A stretch of 64,000 bases of DNA from Paraspadella gotoi (lineage: Eukaryota > Animalia > Chaetognatha): contig CM119266.1 of NCBI GenBank assembly GCA_051294375.1, positions 19,851,657 to 19,915,656 of the forward strand, read 5' to 3'. Shown in pieces: positions 11,651 to 25,198 of this stretch. The notes under the pieces are model-generated. The model worked only from the letters and a program-made list of their open reading frames with translations, was not told the origin of the DNA and did no database searches. The position numbers were made by a program, and so were the translations under genes. Every line of letters starts with the position of its first letter. Position 1 is the stretch's first letter.

Positions 11651-12851
11651 TCATCTGTTTCCCATTGCACCTCTTACTTTCTCTAAAAATTCAATATTCG
11701 ACTGTAGAAGAAAAAGGGGGAAAGTTTGTCTTTTTTTTTTATTTTTCCATGGAGAAATCTTCTGCTCCTATTTCCGCATCCTTCAATACCACCTCCTCTT
11801 CATCATCACTCCCTCTTACTCCATCGATGTTCTCGTTTTATTTCCTTCATTTTCTTCTCCCTCTCGCCTAGCCCGTCTTTTTTTGGCTCTATTTTCCGAA
11901 AGCCCCCCCCAATCAGTTTTTCATCTTTAATATCAAGTTCTTCCCACGCCTTTTCAGTCTATGATTCCTCACTTAAGACTCTCTCGGACTGTTCAATCTT
12001 GCTGTGCTTAGAATCATTCAGACCTCTGACAATATGTCAGCGTAATGTTTTTGCCATCGCAAGGAATTAAAAACTTAGCTACCTGTAGTAAAATATAGTA
12101 AAAAAAAAGCAGTCTCACAAAGACAATAAAATGTTTTTATATAGTGGTTTTTAAAGTGTATCAGTCATTTTCCCGCCATTAAATCCTACGTTTTCCTCTT
12201 ATCTTTTTCCTACAATTCCTGCCTTTCCTTCTTTCTCTTATCTTAATTCCTCAATTCCTACTTATCAGATCTTCCGTTGATTTGTCCGTTTAATCTTCAG
12301 ATCGAATCCGATCTGTATCCAATTGTCCATGATAGTGATACAAAATATAAACTTGCCATTCCTCACTGAATGAAAAAAATATAAATATGTTTTTTTGTTT
12401 TGTTTTTTTTTTCTGAATTGATATTTTTGAAATTTAAGAATCGAAAATCTCTACTACATTCAATCCTATTAAGCCGCGCTACTTAACTTACGTATTTCTC
12501 TGGTCTTCCAACGATATTCATCAATCCTGCATCATTGCATTCCCAGATCCAAACCCTTAAGACCTTCATTTCTCAGTCTTTGACTCACCTCCCCGACCTG
12601 CGCCGCTCCGATTTTAATGCACTTACCACTTTCCTATTACCTTTCCTTACCACGATTTCCATTATTCCAGTTTTCCCCCTCGACCCGGCAGACGCTTAGC
12701 TTTTCCGCTGCAGCGGATGGCAATAAAAATCGCAGCATCGATTCGTGCCAGTTTTACTCGTTCGCAGTTCCTGTCAGATACATGGACGTAGAAGCTGAAA
12801 ATAAAGGGAGATGAGAGGACGAAGATATAAAGGGAAAGACAGATGGAAGGA

Positions 12852-12980
<129 letters not shown>

Positions 12981-13309
12981 TATTTATAAAATGACGACTA
13001 AAACGACTTTAACAAGAACCAATAAGTTAGAGGTGTTGCCCCGCTTCCACTTTCTTTTGAGCAAGCATTTCCAGATGATATCATGACTTCAGAAGAATGG
13101 AGCATGCATGAAGAACAATCATTTAATTGTTTATCACTTTTCTGTAAAGTATCAACTTAAATTACCTGCGAATTAAGCGGGATAGCCTTTCTACGCGGTC
13201 ACGTGACTACACAACAAACATTTTATTATACTTTGCCTCTCAGTTAAGCATTAAATGAATTATTCATTTATTGTGATCTTAAACTAAGATACATAAATAA
13301 AAATAAGTT

Positions 13310-13390
13310 GTGAGCACACAGACGGACGACCGACCACAAAGTGCCTTGAATAGAATTGCCCCGAGAATACTCGTTGTGCAACTAAAAAAT
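13310..13390 (-). mobile_element. HINE family A 5'-end fragment
   Basis: cagacggacgaccgacc...aatactcgttgtgcaactaaaaa is the reverse complement of the family A 5' end. Confidence 0.55.
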
Positions 13391-13466
13391 ATACTTGACG
13401 CCGTTTCAGCGCCGAATACAATTTCGTTGGGAAATAATGGAGAGAAGAGACGTGAAAAAAAAAAAA

Positions 13467-13554
<88 letters not shown>

Positions 13555-13926
13555 AAAACTGAAAGAAGTGAGAATAAGTCAGCGTTGATACATATTGGAT
13601 TAAAATTATTATAGCTTCTATCACATTTGCGTTTTCAGTCGCCCAATTGAAGTCTAATCCGGAAACTGTGTTAGTTTAAGAGCTTGTATAGTTTTCCATC
13701 AGTCGGCGTTACTGCACATATAACTGAGTTGAAAATACTGTACTACTTATTCCCACAGTATATATTAAGAATATATCAACTACTACCCACTTTTGAGGAA
13801 TTTAGACAATATTTTTTATCCCGGCTTTTCAAAACAATTTTGTAAATTACAAAAAAAAAATCTGAACAAAAGAAAAAACTCTTTCTTAACGGCTGTTCCA
13901 AAAGGTATTATTCGTTAATGGATAAA

Positions 13927-14012
<86 letters not shown>

Positions 14013-14544
14013 AACCCGATAGGAGGACTGGTGACAAGTTTGTTTATGGTGTAAGAAAAAGAAAAAATCGGTAAAAAATTTGCGGAGATCGAATGCAGAT
14101 GTGAGGAAAACTTGAGACGGACTCAGGTAGGATTAAATCGGAGGGAAAATAGGAGCAGAAAAAAAAGAGAGAGAAAGAAGCGAAAGAGAAAGAAGAGAAA
14201 GAGAAAGAATATTTAAAAAATAGAGAAGAGAAGAAGAGAAGAAAAGAAAATGTAACACAATAAGAACAGAGGTGGATCAAAATTAATAAAATTAAAAGAA
14301 TATGGCATCGGGGAGACATCTCACGACAGCTGGCGTTCCGAGTTTTGGACCCGCTGTGAGCACCCTATGTCACTGGCGTGCTTATACTGGCACCATCACA
14401 CTTAACCGATAAAGTATTAACTATAATAAGCATATATTAGGTGAAATAAGATATCATTTTACTGCAAAAGTATGACACGCATTAAAGGTCTTATGATAAC
14501 TCCTTTTTACTGAATTTTTACTAATTGTAAGCATTTAAAATGTA

Positions 14545-14624
14545 AGATGGACAAACAGACGGACAAACGGACCGACCGAAATGGGACTTATAAAGTTGTT
14601 CCGCAAGTACTCGCGGCGCAACTA
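14545..14624 (-). mobile_element. HINE family A 5'-end fragment
   Basis: ggacaaacagacggacaaacggaccgaccg...agtactcgcggcgcaacta; another copy at ~31762-31828. Confidence 0.6.
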
Positions 14625-14918
14625 TGGATGCAAACTAATAATTAGTTTTTTCGTCTCTATTCTTTTATTTTATTTTATTAAAATTCCTCTTCCTCGTTCT
14701 CCCATTGCACATATTTTTCTCATATCTCAGTTGTTACCTCCCCTTCTCCTCGCGTTGCTCTTTCGTTTTTGTTTCGATAATTCATCTTTTTTCCCTCGAC
14801 ATTAATTCCGACTTCTTCTTATTCCACCAAAATTTCTTTTCAACTTCTCTTTTTTTTCCTTTTTCATCAATTCACCTCTAGATTCCATTTTAATTTTTTT
14901 CCAGTCCCATTCAGCTCT

Positions 14919-14949
<31 letters not shown>

Positions 14950-16054
14950 NNNNNNNNNNTCTCTCTCCATTCCCCTCTCACTCTCTTTATCAAAATCGAA
15001 TAAGAAGAAGAAAAATAGAGAAGAAAGAGGAGGAATTTCTTAATGGGAAAAACGGGGGATTTTTCTTTTTATTTTGAAACATATTTTTGCCGTCGTCGTC
15101 GTCGTCGTCGTAGAAGACGTCATCTTAGGATTACAGTTATTCTGTTGTCGTAGAACTTAAACAGAGTTGAATTTCTATCGCTCAGTTTAGTATTCAAAAA
15201 TTATTAATACTATTACAGAACTTCTAAAAAATACTAAGAATATAGAAAATTTGTAACCTTAAATTTTTTATTTAACATTTTTGTAAGTAATATTTTACAA
15301 TATGTGATTAAAAAAAATGTGGAAGGGCGGTAATCGTCGTAGACCCCCATTCTCCTCACGACTCCTGTCACCGACCATTTTTTGCACTAAAATATTTTTA
15401 ACTTAAAAATTTTTAAATTTAAAATTTTATAAAGTTTACAGTCGCAAATTTGAAACTTAAAAGTTTTAATTTTTACTAAAAAATTAAGCTTAGGTATAGT
15501 ATATTAAACTTCGTCAGGGATTATTCGTCTTTCTTTTTTAAGAGTGTGTGGGCGTAAAAAAGTGAGAGCTTGTGGAGAAATTGTTGCTTCTTTCTCAGTT
15601 TGTGGAGTGAGTTCAAGTTTTAGAGCGAATTCGAATAACAGTTGGCGCCGAAACTCTTTGTGTTAATGGCTACGGGTTTTTGATTTCAAAAAATCGTTAA
15701 GGAAGCAATAGTAATACCGTTTCTCTGCCGGCTCGAAATGACTATGAAGTCCAGTGGAAAGGATTATTTTGGGAAACGCCAGAAGGGCGAGGTGATATAT
15801 AGCCGAACTCGAAAACCGTTAAATGAGCGAACGTTGACGGTGACTGCGAGTTTGAAGAGCGAGAGAATCGAGAATGGCGAAAGTTAATAAAACTGCATAG
15901 AGATTTAGAGAAGGAAGAGCAGGAAGAGGATGAAGAAGAGAGGGTGCAGACATTAACGTTATGGCTCTTCGCTAACAAAGAATGAGACGATGTGACGAGG
16001 GAGAGAGAGAGAGAGAGAAACGTGGGCGAATTTGAAACAAAGCGAATTCCAAAT

Positions 16055-16109
<55 letters not shown>

Positions 16110-16494
16110 TCTCTCTTTTTTTCCTCCTCCTTTTCCCCTTTTTATCAAACAACTGATTCCCAATCCTATTCTCGTTTGTTCCATAAGAATTTGTCTTTGT
16201 AATGAGTAAATGTCGATTGAGTTGGCAGTTGTTTGGACTAGGCAGGTGGGATAGCGAGAAGTGGGTTAGTAGGGGGGATATAAAATCCGGATAGTAGGAT
16301 TTTCTTGGATGTGAACGTAATTTCCTTGGTCTGTATTTAAAGCCGTTTGTGAATAAAGAAAATGGCAAGATAGAAGATGCAGAATCGAATCCGTTACAAT
16401 CCAACGATGAGAGGAATGAGATTCATTTTCTTCTGATGCTGACGACGATCTCAAAAAAATGATAATTAAACTAAACCATCGCTCTAATTACATT

Positions 16495-16570
<76 letters not shown>

Positions 16571-16574
16571 TTTT

Positions 16575-16605
<31 letters not shown>

Positions 16606-17860
16606 CTCTTTGATTTCTTTTTTTTTCTTTCTTTCTTTAAAATTTATTTTTTTCTCTGTCTCTATCGAACATATTCTGAATGATAAACATATTGAAATTA
16701 TTGATAAAGATATTTCGCTCTTTTTCCTTCCAAAGTCCCGAGAGAAGGGATAAGGATGTCAATAATTAGACAAACTTAATGTATTTAATTTTCAGTTATT
16801 GATGTCATTTTTAAGGTCTTTCTTATCATATACTGCTTTTTTTTTAAATTTTACTGACGATCTAGTTGTTTTGGATGTCGAAATTGTTACTAAATAATAA
16901 AAATTTTTCTTTCAGATTAAAAATTAACGAATGTTTGGGGGAAGAAGATTCGGCTCCACATAAAAAGCCAAAAAAAAAAAAAAAAAAAAAAAACTCGGCG
17001 GCGAAAAAAAAAGTACGAATCAAAAGTATAAAAAAAAAGAAAAAAAGGAGAGACGAGAAAAAAAAAAAGAAAGAAAAAGAGGCGGAATAGGAGCGTAACG
17101 AACGACGTGAACGGAACAACATAATCAGCGCGTAAAGAAAGGACTCGAGTCTCTCAATGATTGTGGAGGCGGAGAAACGAAAGCAAGAAATGTCCATCAA
17201 CCTACTGGCTCATCCCGCCACTGGTGAGCAAAGAGGGAACGGGCTGGGTTAACAAACGTGGTCGAACCCTGTTCAAGAGTTGTGTAAGGGGAGAGAGAGA
17301 GAGAGAGAAAAAAAATCCAATCGTGTTAAATTGTTTATACTACTAATGATCCACACCTTTTATCGATATGAAATTTTCTGCAATAAAAGTCCTTTATCCT
17401 AAATCGATTTTTAATACTACTTTTTTAGATAATTTGTTGTATCGACAATATTTAATGGTATATGAGAAATCGTAATTTTTTTTTAATTTTTAATTTTTAA
17501 GAAGGGAATCTGATAAATATTCAAAAGTTAGATAAAGATTACTTTTTTTTAAAAATTGATAATAAATTGTTAAAAATTTAAAAAACATTAAAAGCCATCC
17601 ACCCGTGCAAACCTTATACCTATCCTATGGGAAGCGTGAGGGTTGTTAACCATACTGGGGACTAGTCATCTTCGTAACATTGTTCCGAGCTGAGGATCCG
17701 TTATTTTTATTGCTGGCAAGGGTGATGAAAAAATTACTCGTTTAGCCAGTAAATTCTTGGATGGCTTAGAAATTAAAAATTTAATTTATCCTATGAATTG
17801 TTAAGTGGCAGACAAATTAAAAGACGTATTAAGCTCTTAAAATTCTTCAATCTCTCCCAG

Positions 17861-17911
17861 GAACGTCATCTTTTCTTGGCTCCGCCATGTGGCCTGGAAA
17901 GACGAATTTAG
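17861..17911 (+). CDS. CELF1/2: CELF linker exon (51 nt, phase 1-1)
   Basis: tctctcccag| ... ag|gtgagt; encodes (G)[16 protein letters not shown](G); phase matches the 19612 exon. Confidence 0.6.
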   Translation, partial: ERHLFLAPPCGLERRI

Positions 17912-20900
17912 GTGAGTCTTAGAATGTCTTAGAATGTTGGCTTGTTCGTGATGCTCGTTATTAAAAGTAAATTATCATACTCCGAAATAGGATCCATTTT
18001 TGGCTATATTCAACGAAAACGCTCCTATTAATTAGTATTAGTATTAATATTATGCTCAGTTGCGGAATTAAATTAGTTTTTAGCGTTAAATATAAGGTTA
18101 GGAGTTCGGGAATCTAGTGGTTTAAGGGCGTGTCATTCGCAACAATCTGTAAAAGTCTTCCCAAAATCTTCTCGTAGTTTTTCCACCCCCCGCCCCCTAG
18201 AGATTCGGGAGGCGCCTTGGCGATCTTTCCTCAGTAGCGTCTGGCGCCACCTGGTCGATGTTCTAGTCTTTGTTTTGATGCCAACGGGAATTTTAAAACC
18301 CGCTGATCTTCAGTTCAAACAAAAGTCGATCCTTCTATTTTCTTTCTTTTATTTTTCACACCTCTATTTTTTCTCTCAAATCTTTGTTTTTAGAAGTTCT
18401 TTATCTCTCTTTTTCATGAATATATTTTTTACTTCTTCTATCACAGTATGTATGTTGCTCTTTATTTTTTTTTCTTTCCTTTTCCTACTTTCTCATATAT
18501 TTTTTCAATTTTTATTTTAGCTTTTCAATTCTTTCTTTAGTTGATAAGTTTACTTTAGTTTAGCATTCTGTGCTCTTTCCAATTTGTTTTTTTTACTCTC
18601 TATTTATTTGTTTTAATTTTTAAAATTTTGCTATCTCTTTTGGATTCTTTATCGCGAGCACAGACAGTACATAGGCCGCTTTTCGGTCAGTCTTTTGGTC
18701 TATCTTTTTTCTATACCTCGGTACATTTTAAATATTTTAAATTTATAAAATATTATATTTATTTAGTTACTAGATACTTAGTAGTCAGTTATTATTCCAT
18801 AAGGCATTATTTTGTTTAGCTTTTATAAAAATATGATTACCTAATTTATGATTATCGGATATTTTTTGAATAATATTTATCAAATAAATAATATGCAATA
18901 TATTTTAAATAGTTATAAAATTATCTGGTAAACGGATCACTGAAATAAAGTCAATTCTGCGCAACCCCTTGGAATCGTCATTCCTTTATCTTCTTTTCTT
19001 TAAATTCTTTTCTTCTTTTTCTATTTTTTTATTTACAGGGTTCAGACTTGAAAATTGCCCCTTTCTAAGAAATAAAGATTTTAATTAATAAATACTATTT
19101 GATATATTTTAATTATAAAATATGATATATAAATTGATTAATAAAATCATTTTATGCTCTTGGCTGTATTAACCAAATAAGTTTAGATACAGTAAAAAGC
19201 TAGGCCAAATATTTTTCAACCACAATATAATAAAGTTTGTAAAAAATTACTTGGACTAAATCTCGGCTAATAAAAATATTATTTTGTACAACATTTTTTC
19301 TTTAACTTATCTTGTTAATTAAAATAATATCAAGAGTTTTATTTTTTTATTTTATAATCATTGAAAAATATATTAATAATTATTTTATTAATTTATTGTC
19401 TTTATTTGAAAAAATTGATCAACTAAATTCATAATTTTTATTCGATCATAAAAAAAATTTAAAAAATGTTCAAGAATATAATATTACATATAATATGTAA
19501 AAAAAGATCAATTAGGGGGACAATCTTCAAGTCAAAACCCTGTATATCTTTAATTCTTTCCTTCTTTTTTTTTTTCTGGCAGTTGATTTCCTTGTTTTGA
19601 TTTCCCCTCAGGTTTCCCGACTCCAGCGACGGCGGTGTTTTCAGCGGATCTCACTCCTTCGCCGCAGGTGAGCGTCGGCAGAAGCGTTGGTGACAGCGGA
19701 GCGTCGGCAGAGTCAGCGACGTCGGTTCCGGTGGCGGACGGCGACAAGATGACGCCGCTCGGGAAACAAATGAGAATAAGGACGAGAAGGGAAAGAGGGA
19801 GGCGAGAAGGGGAACGGTTAAAAGGAGTGATACATCGAATTTGAGTTGGTAGAACAAGAAGAGGAAAGAGTCAACAAAAGATCGAGAAATAAATAAAATA
19901 TTTGGATCGCTTTGTTTGACTTCGATGTTCGAAAAGTGTGGATTTTAACTGTAATTTAATTTATGGCCATTGTCTTCGTATTTTGCTTATGATTCTATAT
20001 ATTATATATTATATATTGTATTAGAGATAATCAAAAATTCTTAAAGGCATAAAACAGTTCCAAAATAGCTGGGCAATGTGGGCAATGTGGGCAATAAGGC
20101 GTAGTGAAAGTTACGAAAGAAAATTTTAAAGGTCAATTATGAACAACATACCATCAGTGAACATTAATTTGTTAAAAAAAATTAATTTTATGTTTTTTAA
20201 TTTTCGCAGTAGGCTATATTTATATATAGTACTATCCTTATAAAATCGAAAAATTTCAAAATAGGCTTTTCTTAATTTTGATTGAAGATTTGAATTCCTC
20301 GTCAAAAGTTGATAAAAGAAAATATAAATTATTTTTAAAAATTCTTTTATTAAGTGGGTTAAAAATTACAAAAACTATATTTAATATATAAAAAGTTAAT
20401 TTTCAGCTTAAAATATAGCTTTTTCTAATTTTTGACCCACTTAATGAAGGAATTTTTTAAAAAGAGTTATATTTCTTTTTATCAACTTTTTATGACGAAT
20501 CCAAATCTGCAAAAAAATCTTAGAAAAAACTGTTTTGAAATTTTAACATTTATTGGATTAGTACTAGTATAAATATGGCCTACTGCGTAAATTGTAAAAT
20601 TTATTATAAATTTTTTTTATAAATAAATGTTCATTAGTATAATGTTGTTTGTTCCTCACTTTTAGAATTTTAATTAAAGTTAAATTTAGAAATTTTACTA
20701 CGCCTTAGTGGGCAATGGGCATTCAACACACCCACTTAGGGATAATGTCCTCAGTTTATAATTTGTTATTTTTTTATAAATACTTATTTTATTTATTTTT
20801 TTAAAAAAATTATGCTACATATCGCAACCCTTAATTATTTCTTTAATCTCAAATATACGTATGCCCCTTTCCCTATTACAAGCTAATAACATTTTCATAT

Positions 20901-23900
20901 AATAATAATTATATATTATTTATATGATTGCAACCTTTCTTCCCTACATTTTTTTTACAGACTACCCCTAACAGCCCACTGTATCCTTCAATCAGCATGC
21001 CTCATTCCCCAAACTACATGAGCCCTAATTCCGGCGCCGCAGCCGCTGCAGCAGCCGCAGGTTTAAGCTCTGCAGCAAGTTTCGCCGCCGCCACCGCCGC
21101 TGCTGCTCCGTCTGGAGGCGGGGACCCGGGCGCAGCATCGGCCACTCCCCAACCGCCCCTCTACATATACTACCCGTCGGATGGAGCCACCGTCAGCCTC
21201 ACTTACCAACAAAACATGGCGGCGTTAGCGGCGCTGGCGTCAGGCGCCGGTGGCGGAGGCGGCGCGGTGACCACCGTCGCATCGGCGCCAAGTACGGCAG
21301 ATCCGAGCTTCGTTTTCTTGGTTTATTCTATAGAAAAAAATATATCATTTTTAATGGCGTAAATGGCTTCACTGCTTAAAAAAGAAAAAAGAAATTAATT
21401 AAATCATTAGTTACCAACCTCTTTTTAAGTCACTGAGTTAAAACTTGATTTCTTTTCGGTTCATAAAATATGTTTTAACGTTCGACACTTTTTTCCTCTT
21501 GACCTAAATTTCGTCGTCGTTTATAAAAGCGTCGACCTCGCACTCCAACAACAACAACAACAATTCGGTCTCCACTGTAGCCAGTTCTCACGGAGCACAA
21601 TCTCACCATCACCACAACACCAACGGCGCCAATGGGAACAACAACGGACCCGGCGGCATTGCTGTGGCAGCGGCGGCGGCTGCAGCGTTCCCCAACACCT
21701 CGCACCTTTCTCATTCTCATCACGGTCCCTCATTTCTTTCCTCCTCCAACAATGCCCTCAATCCCGCTGCTGCTGCCACCGCCGCCGCTCTCACCGGAGT
21801 CGGTCTCGTAGCGGCGGAAGCTTCGCCAGGTGCCGACACCCAACGCCGGGTTGTTGTCTTTTTTTTTTTTCACTTTTTGGGGGGATTTTACTTCGCCCAC
21901 TTCAAAACTTTGCACTTTTTAAAAGTTTCTTTGATATCACAAAAACGATTGACCTGAAGTGAAACGTACTAACTTTCGTCGCTAATTCTATACTATAGTC
22001 CATTTTAATAGTATTTAATTTAATGTAAAGAATGCGAAATGTTAATATTTAATGTTGAGTGTGAAAATATATTTATCAATTTCAGTAGGATTGAATTTAC
22101 AGTTTGTTTTTTTTTAATTTAACCACTATAATTTATAGTATAAACATATGTTAAAAGAATTCTTTCGAAAGATCAAAGACTATAAAAAGCTATGGTGGGT
22201 CAAGGACTCCATCCCACTTGTTTGTCAGACGGAGATGTATATTATATACGTTTTATTTCTAATTCAACAAGGTTGATTCAGTACATACATAAGCTTCAAA
22301 AAAGCTAAGTCCAAAGACATAACAAAGTTAAAGATTGCATGAAAACTACCACTATAGACAAAACAAGGTTAAAGTTATTGATTAAAATATTTCAATCATT
22401 AAAGAATGCGACTATTCTTTTGAGAACAAAATTTTTCGAACAGTAGATCTTAGCCAAGCCAAGCCACATTGAGGGGATTAGTTATCATTTCATCTACATT
22501 CGCTTCTCTCCTTATTGCTACCAAAATAAACGTTTATTAATTAAGATAATAATAATAAAATAATAATAATGATTTCAAATATTTCTAGTTTATCAATGAT
22601 TATTATTTGGGAGTTTTCATTAGAGCAATAAAAAGTATTATCAAAAGAAGATTATTAAATGATGCCATTAAAATTTCGAGCTCTCGCGACATTGTTTGCT
22701 CAAAGTATTTGATACATGAGTTCAATTAGCAAAATAATTTGTTGCTCAAATTTGGGCTTTAGAACTTTTTATATTGCTTAAATATTATCCATCTTGAAAA
22801 AGAAGATTCGTCAAATGTTTTTTGTAGTTGTAGTTTAGATTTTGATAAGGTGTTTCGATACGAGGTTGATAACTAATGATATTTTTACAGAGCTTTATGA
22901 AATTAAAAAGAAAAGGAAATAAAAGGAAATTAGCAGTGTGAAGCTATCCCGCGAAATAAGAACGTATCAAAACATCTCTGTAAAAATTTAGTTTAGTTTT
23001 ACCATCTTTCTACTTATTGTTATATTGTTATCACCCCTTTCCAAGAGTGACTTTAGGGCCGTTCGAATTTAAAGGAACTCTTTATATGATTAGAAAGTCG
23101 GTATTTTTTACTCTATGGGCTTTTCTTAAACTTTTTTTGGTGGCCTTTTAAGTTTTGAGTTATGGGGAGAATTATGCATTTCAAGTTCTTATTGAATTAA
23201 AATTTGAAACACAAATCATAAAAATTGTACAATAATAAAAGTCTTTAAAAAATTTATTAAATTATTGAGTCATATTTAAACATAGTATAAAATTGTAAAA
23301 ATAGTAAAAAATTCAAAAATTGATTGTTTAACATTTTCATAGAAGATTTGAAATCTTTGTAAAAAGTTGTTCTTTTTTAAAAATTTTGTTTTTGAGTTAG
23401 TTTAATATATCAAAAACTGATTTTTTATGCTAAAAATTAAATTTGAATCTTAATTTCAAAGTTTTTTCAATTTTTGACCCTTTTATGATGACTCCAAATC
23501 TATCAATATTTTTTGGAAATAAATTTTATATTGGACTATTTAGATGGTTAGTACTATGTATAAAACTGCCGAAATTTTAAACATACTTTTTAAAAGATAT
23601 TTTTTTATCAGATATCTTTTATTAAATAATATTTTTCTTGATTTATTTTACGATTTATCACGTCACCCAATTAAGCACTAAGCACAAAAGCGTAGCAAAA
23701 GTTTTAAAATCAAGTAGAATAAAAAAATTCGAATAGTAGATCATAAAGAGGCTTGTACCTGTAAACACTTTTAAATAACAAAATCTTTTTTTTTATTTTT
23801 CAATGATGAAGTAGCCCATTGAAAATATCAAATGGTTTTTGCTTAGTTTAAAAGCAGATTCAAATTCCTCACGAAAAGTTATTGAAAGGAAACATAACTC

Positions 23901-25167
23901 TTTTTAAAAAATATTTTATTAAGTGGGTTAAAATCCTAAAATTAAATTTGATTATACTAGTATACTATGAACTTTTTATAAGAAATTAGTTTCTGCTTTC
24001 AAAAATAAGGAAAAACTATTTGAAGGGTTTTTTCCAAACTTTATTATAGTACTTTATAAAGCCAAGAACAGAAAAATATATAATTTTTGAAATTAATTTA
24101 TTAGCATAATTGCAAAATTACTTGTTTTACTATTTTAAGTTCTAGATTTTAAAATATTACAAACTTGGATGCTAAGTCAAGGATTGAAATATAAATTTTA
24201 AAATTGAGTTACAGTAGAACCTAGAAGGCGTTTTAACTCTTTTCGACGGTCTCCATGTATCGCTCATTTAAAATATTTACTAGTTTAGTTTCATTCTCTC
24301 GATCTTTGAATTTCTGCCCTACCTCTTGTTTAGGCATTGCCCCCACCGCCGTCTACCCTTGCAGCATCCCATACGCCGCAACTTTTCCCGGTGCTTTTCC
24401 CGCAGGTGAGCTGGCGAAAAACTCGCGATAAAAAAGTTTTTAGATCAATAATTAATAACTATTTTTTTAAATTTTAATGTTTTTATTTTTTTTCAATCGT
24501 CCCCGTCTCTCTCGCTTTCCCTCATCCGGAATCATCAATATCATCAGCGCTCAATTTGTCGTCGTCGTTGGGTAAGTAATCCAATACGAAAATGTATTAC
24601 ATTGATTCAACGAGAGTGAGAGCGAGAGAGAAAGAGAGAGAGAGAGAGAATGAAGGAGACGGAGAGCGGGATTTCAATTTGACTCCTGATTAATTATCAC
24701 CACAACCTCTCACAGTTGCCCACAACCCAGCGGGCAAGCAGACGGAGGGCCCCGAGGGTTCGAATCTCTTCATTTATCACCTACCTCAAGAATTCACAGA
24801 CGAGGACCTGACTCATACATTCCTGCCTTTCGGCAATGTGATCTCAGCTAAAGTCTTCATCGACAAACAAACAAAGGTTAAACCTCATCCAATATGCAGT
24901 CAGGATATTCGTGTTAGCACGTGGCATTTATAAAAATTATGTTATAGCTAGGAGTATACTTAAAACCTTGATAATCAATATGTAATTAGGGAGGTTTTAT
25001 TGGTATCACGAAGACGTAAATATCACTTTTCAGATGAGCAAGTGTTTTGGTTTCGTGTCGTACGATAACCCGATCTCGGCTCAAGCGGCGATCCACGCTA
25101 TGAACGGTTTCCAGATTGGAATGAAGAGATTGAAGGTGGGAACATTAATAATAAATAATAAATAATA

Positions 25168-25198
<31 letters not shown>

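Noticed and set aside
17688-17735. CTGAGGA...GAAA as a hammerhead core
   Set aside because: No convincing stem II pairing or NUH cleavage site with stems I/III.
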